Shown piece after piece: positions 63,963 to 64,000 of a stretch of 64,000 nt of DNA (position 1 is the first letter of the stretch; every line of letters begins with the position of its first letter). Origin of the DNA: Planctomycetaceae bacterium (lineage in GTDB: Bacteria; Planctomycetota; Phycisphaerae; Sedimentisphaerales; UBA12454); NCBI GenBank assembly GCA_021371795.1, contig JAJFVK010000006.1, positions 23,452 to 87,451 on the forward strand, in the 5' to 3' direction. Both the position numbers and the translations under genes were made by a program. The notes below the pieces were generated by a model that worked only from the letters and a program-made list of their open reading frames with translations, did not search any database and was not told where the DNA came from.

Positions 63963-64000
63963 CAATGGATGGGTATTTTAGATGTTTTTTTATTATACAT

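Overview
A chromosomal segment, visibly AT-rich. The gene content points to a Planctomycetota/PVC-type bacterium, probably Phycisphaerae-like: PEP-CTERM sorting tails, a prepilin-type DUF1559 protein with the H-X9-DG motif, dockerin-like C-termini and PilM-PilN fusion proteins. All calls were made by eye from the sequence and the ORF track; no searches were run.

Layout, left to right:
- (1) 447-8758: a GntR-controlled sugar/amino-sugar-like catabolic locus. It holds a decayed PIG-L deacetylase, a PfkB kinase, an MtlD-like dehydrogenase, a truncated NagA-like amidohydrolase, glutamate dehydrogenase, a Gfo/Idh/MocA oxidoreductase and a class-III aminotransferase.
- (2) 9161-12837: dnaG-rpoD.
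- (3) 14855-17513: a cobalamin riboswitch with a terminator/antiterminator. It sits in front of a three-gene operon that encodes only surface or secreted proteins of unknown function (PEP-CTERM protein, dockerin-tailed protein, DUF1559 pseudopilin-like protein). This is my top candidate for an undescribed system, possibly corrinoid capture.
- (4) comF, a TPR protein, a ferredoxin below the ORF-track cutoff, and tRNA-Glu(UUC).
- (5) 21394-25066: a minus-strand regulatory cluster with a PAS histidine kinase, a NarL-type regulator, a FlgM-like anti-sigma factor, a REC-only protein and small Cys proteins.
- (6) 25100-29740: an island of envelope and small-membrane-protein genes. Two of them are preceded by the same roughly 70-bp element.
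- (7) An orphan B12-binding radical SAM gene and a sialate O-acetylesterase.
- (8) tmRNA with GIY-YIG genes and tandem repeats at its 3' end, then an orphan promoter-to-terminator unit for a roughly 220-nt structured RNA.
- (9) glgP, a CE7 esterase, obg, rpmA, and an mtaB interrupted at an A7 run.
- (10) 43390-48852: a PilM-PilN-like fusion plus two bitopic proteins with Gly/Met/Pro repeat tails.
- (11) 50791-60921: a complete type IV pilus / type II secretion-like operon next to a two-component system.
- (12) A RAYT/IS200-like transposase flanked by perfect 23-bp inverted repeats.
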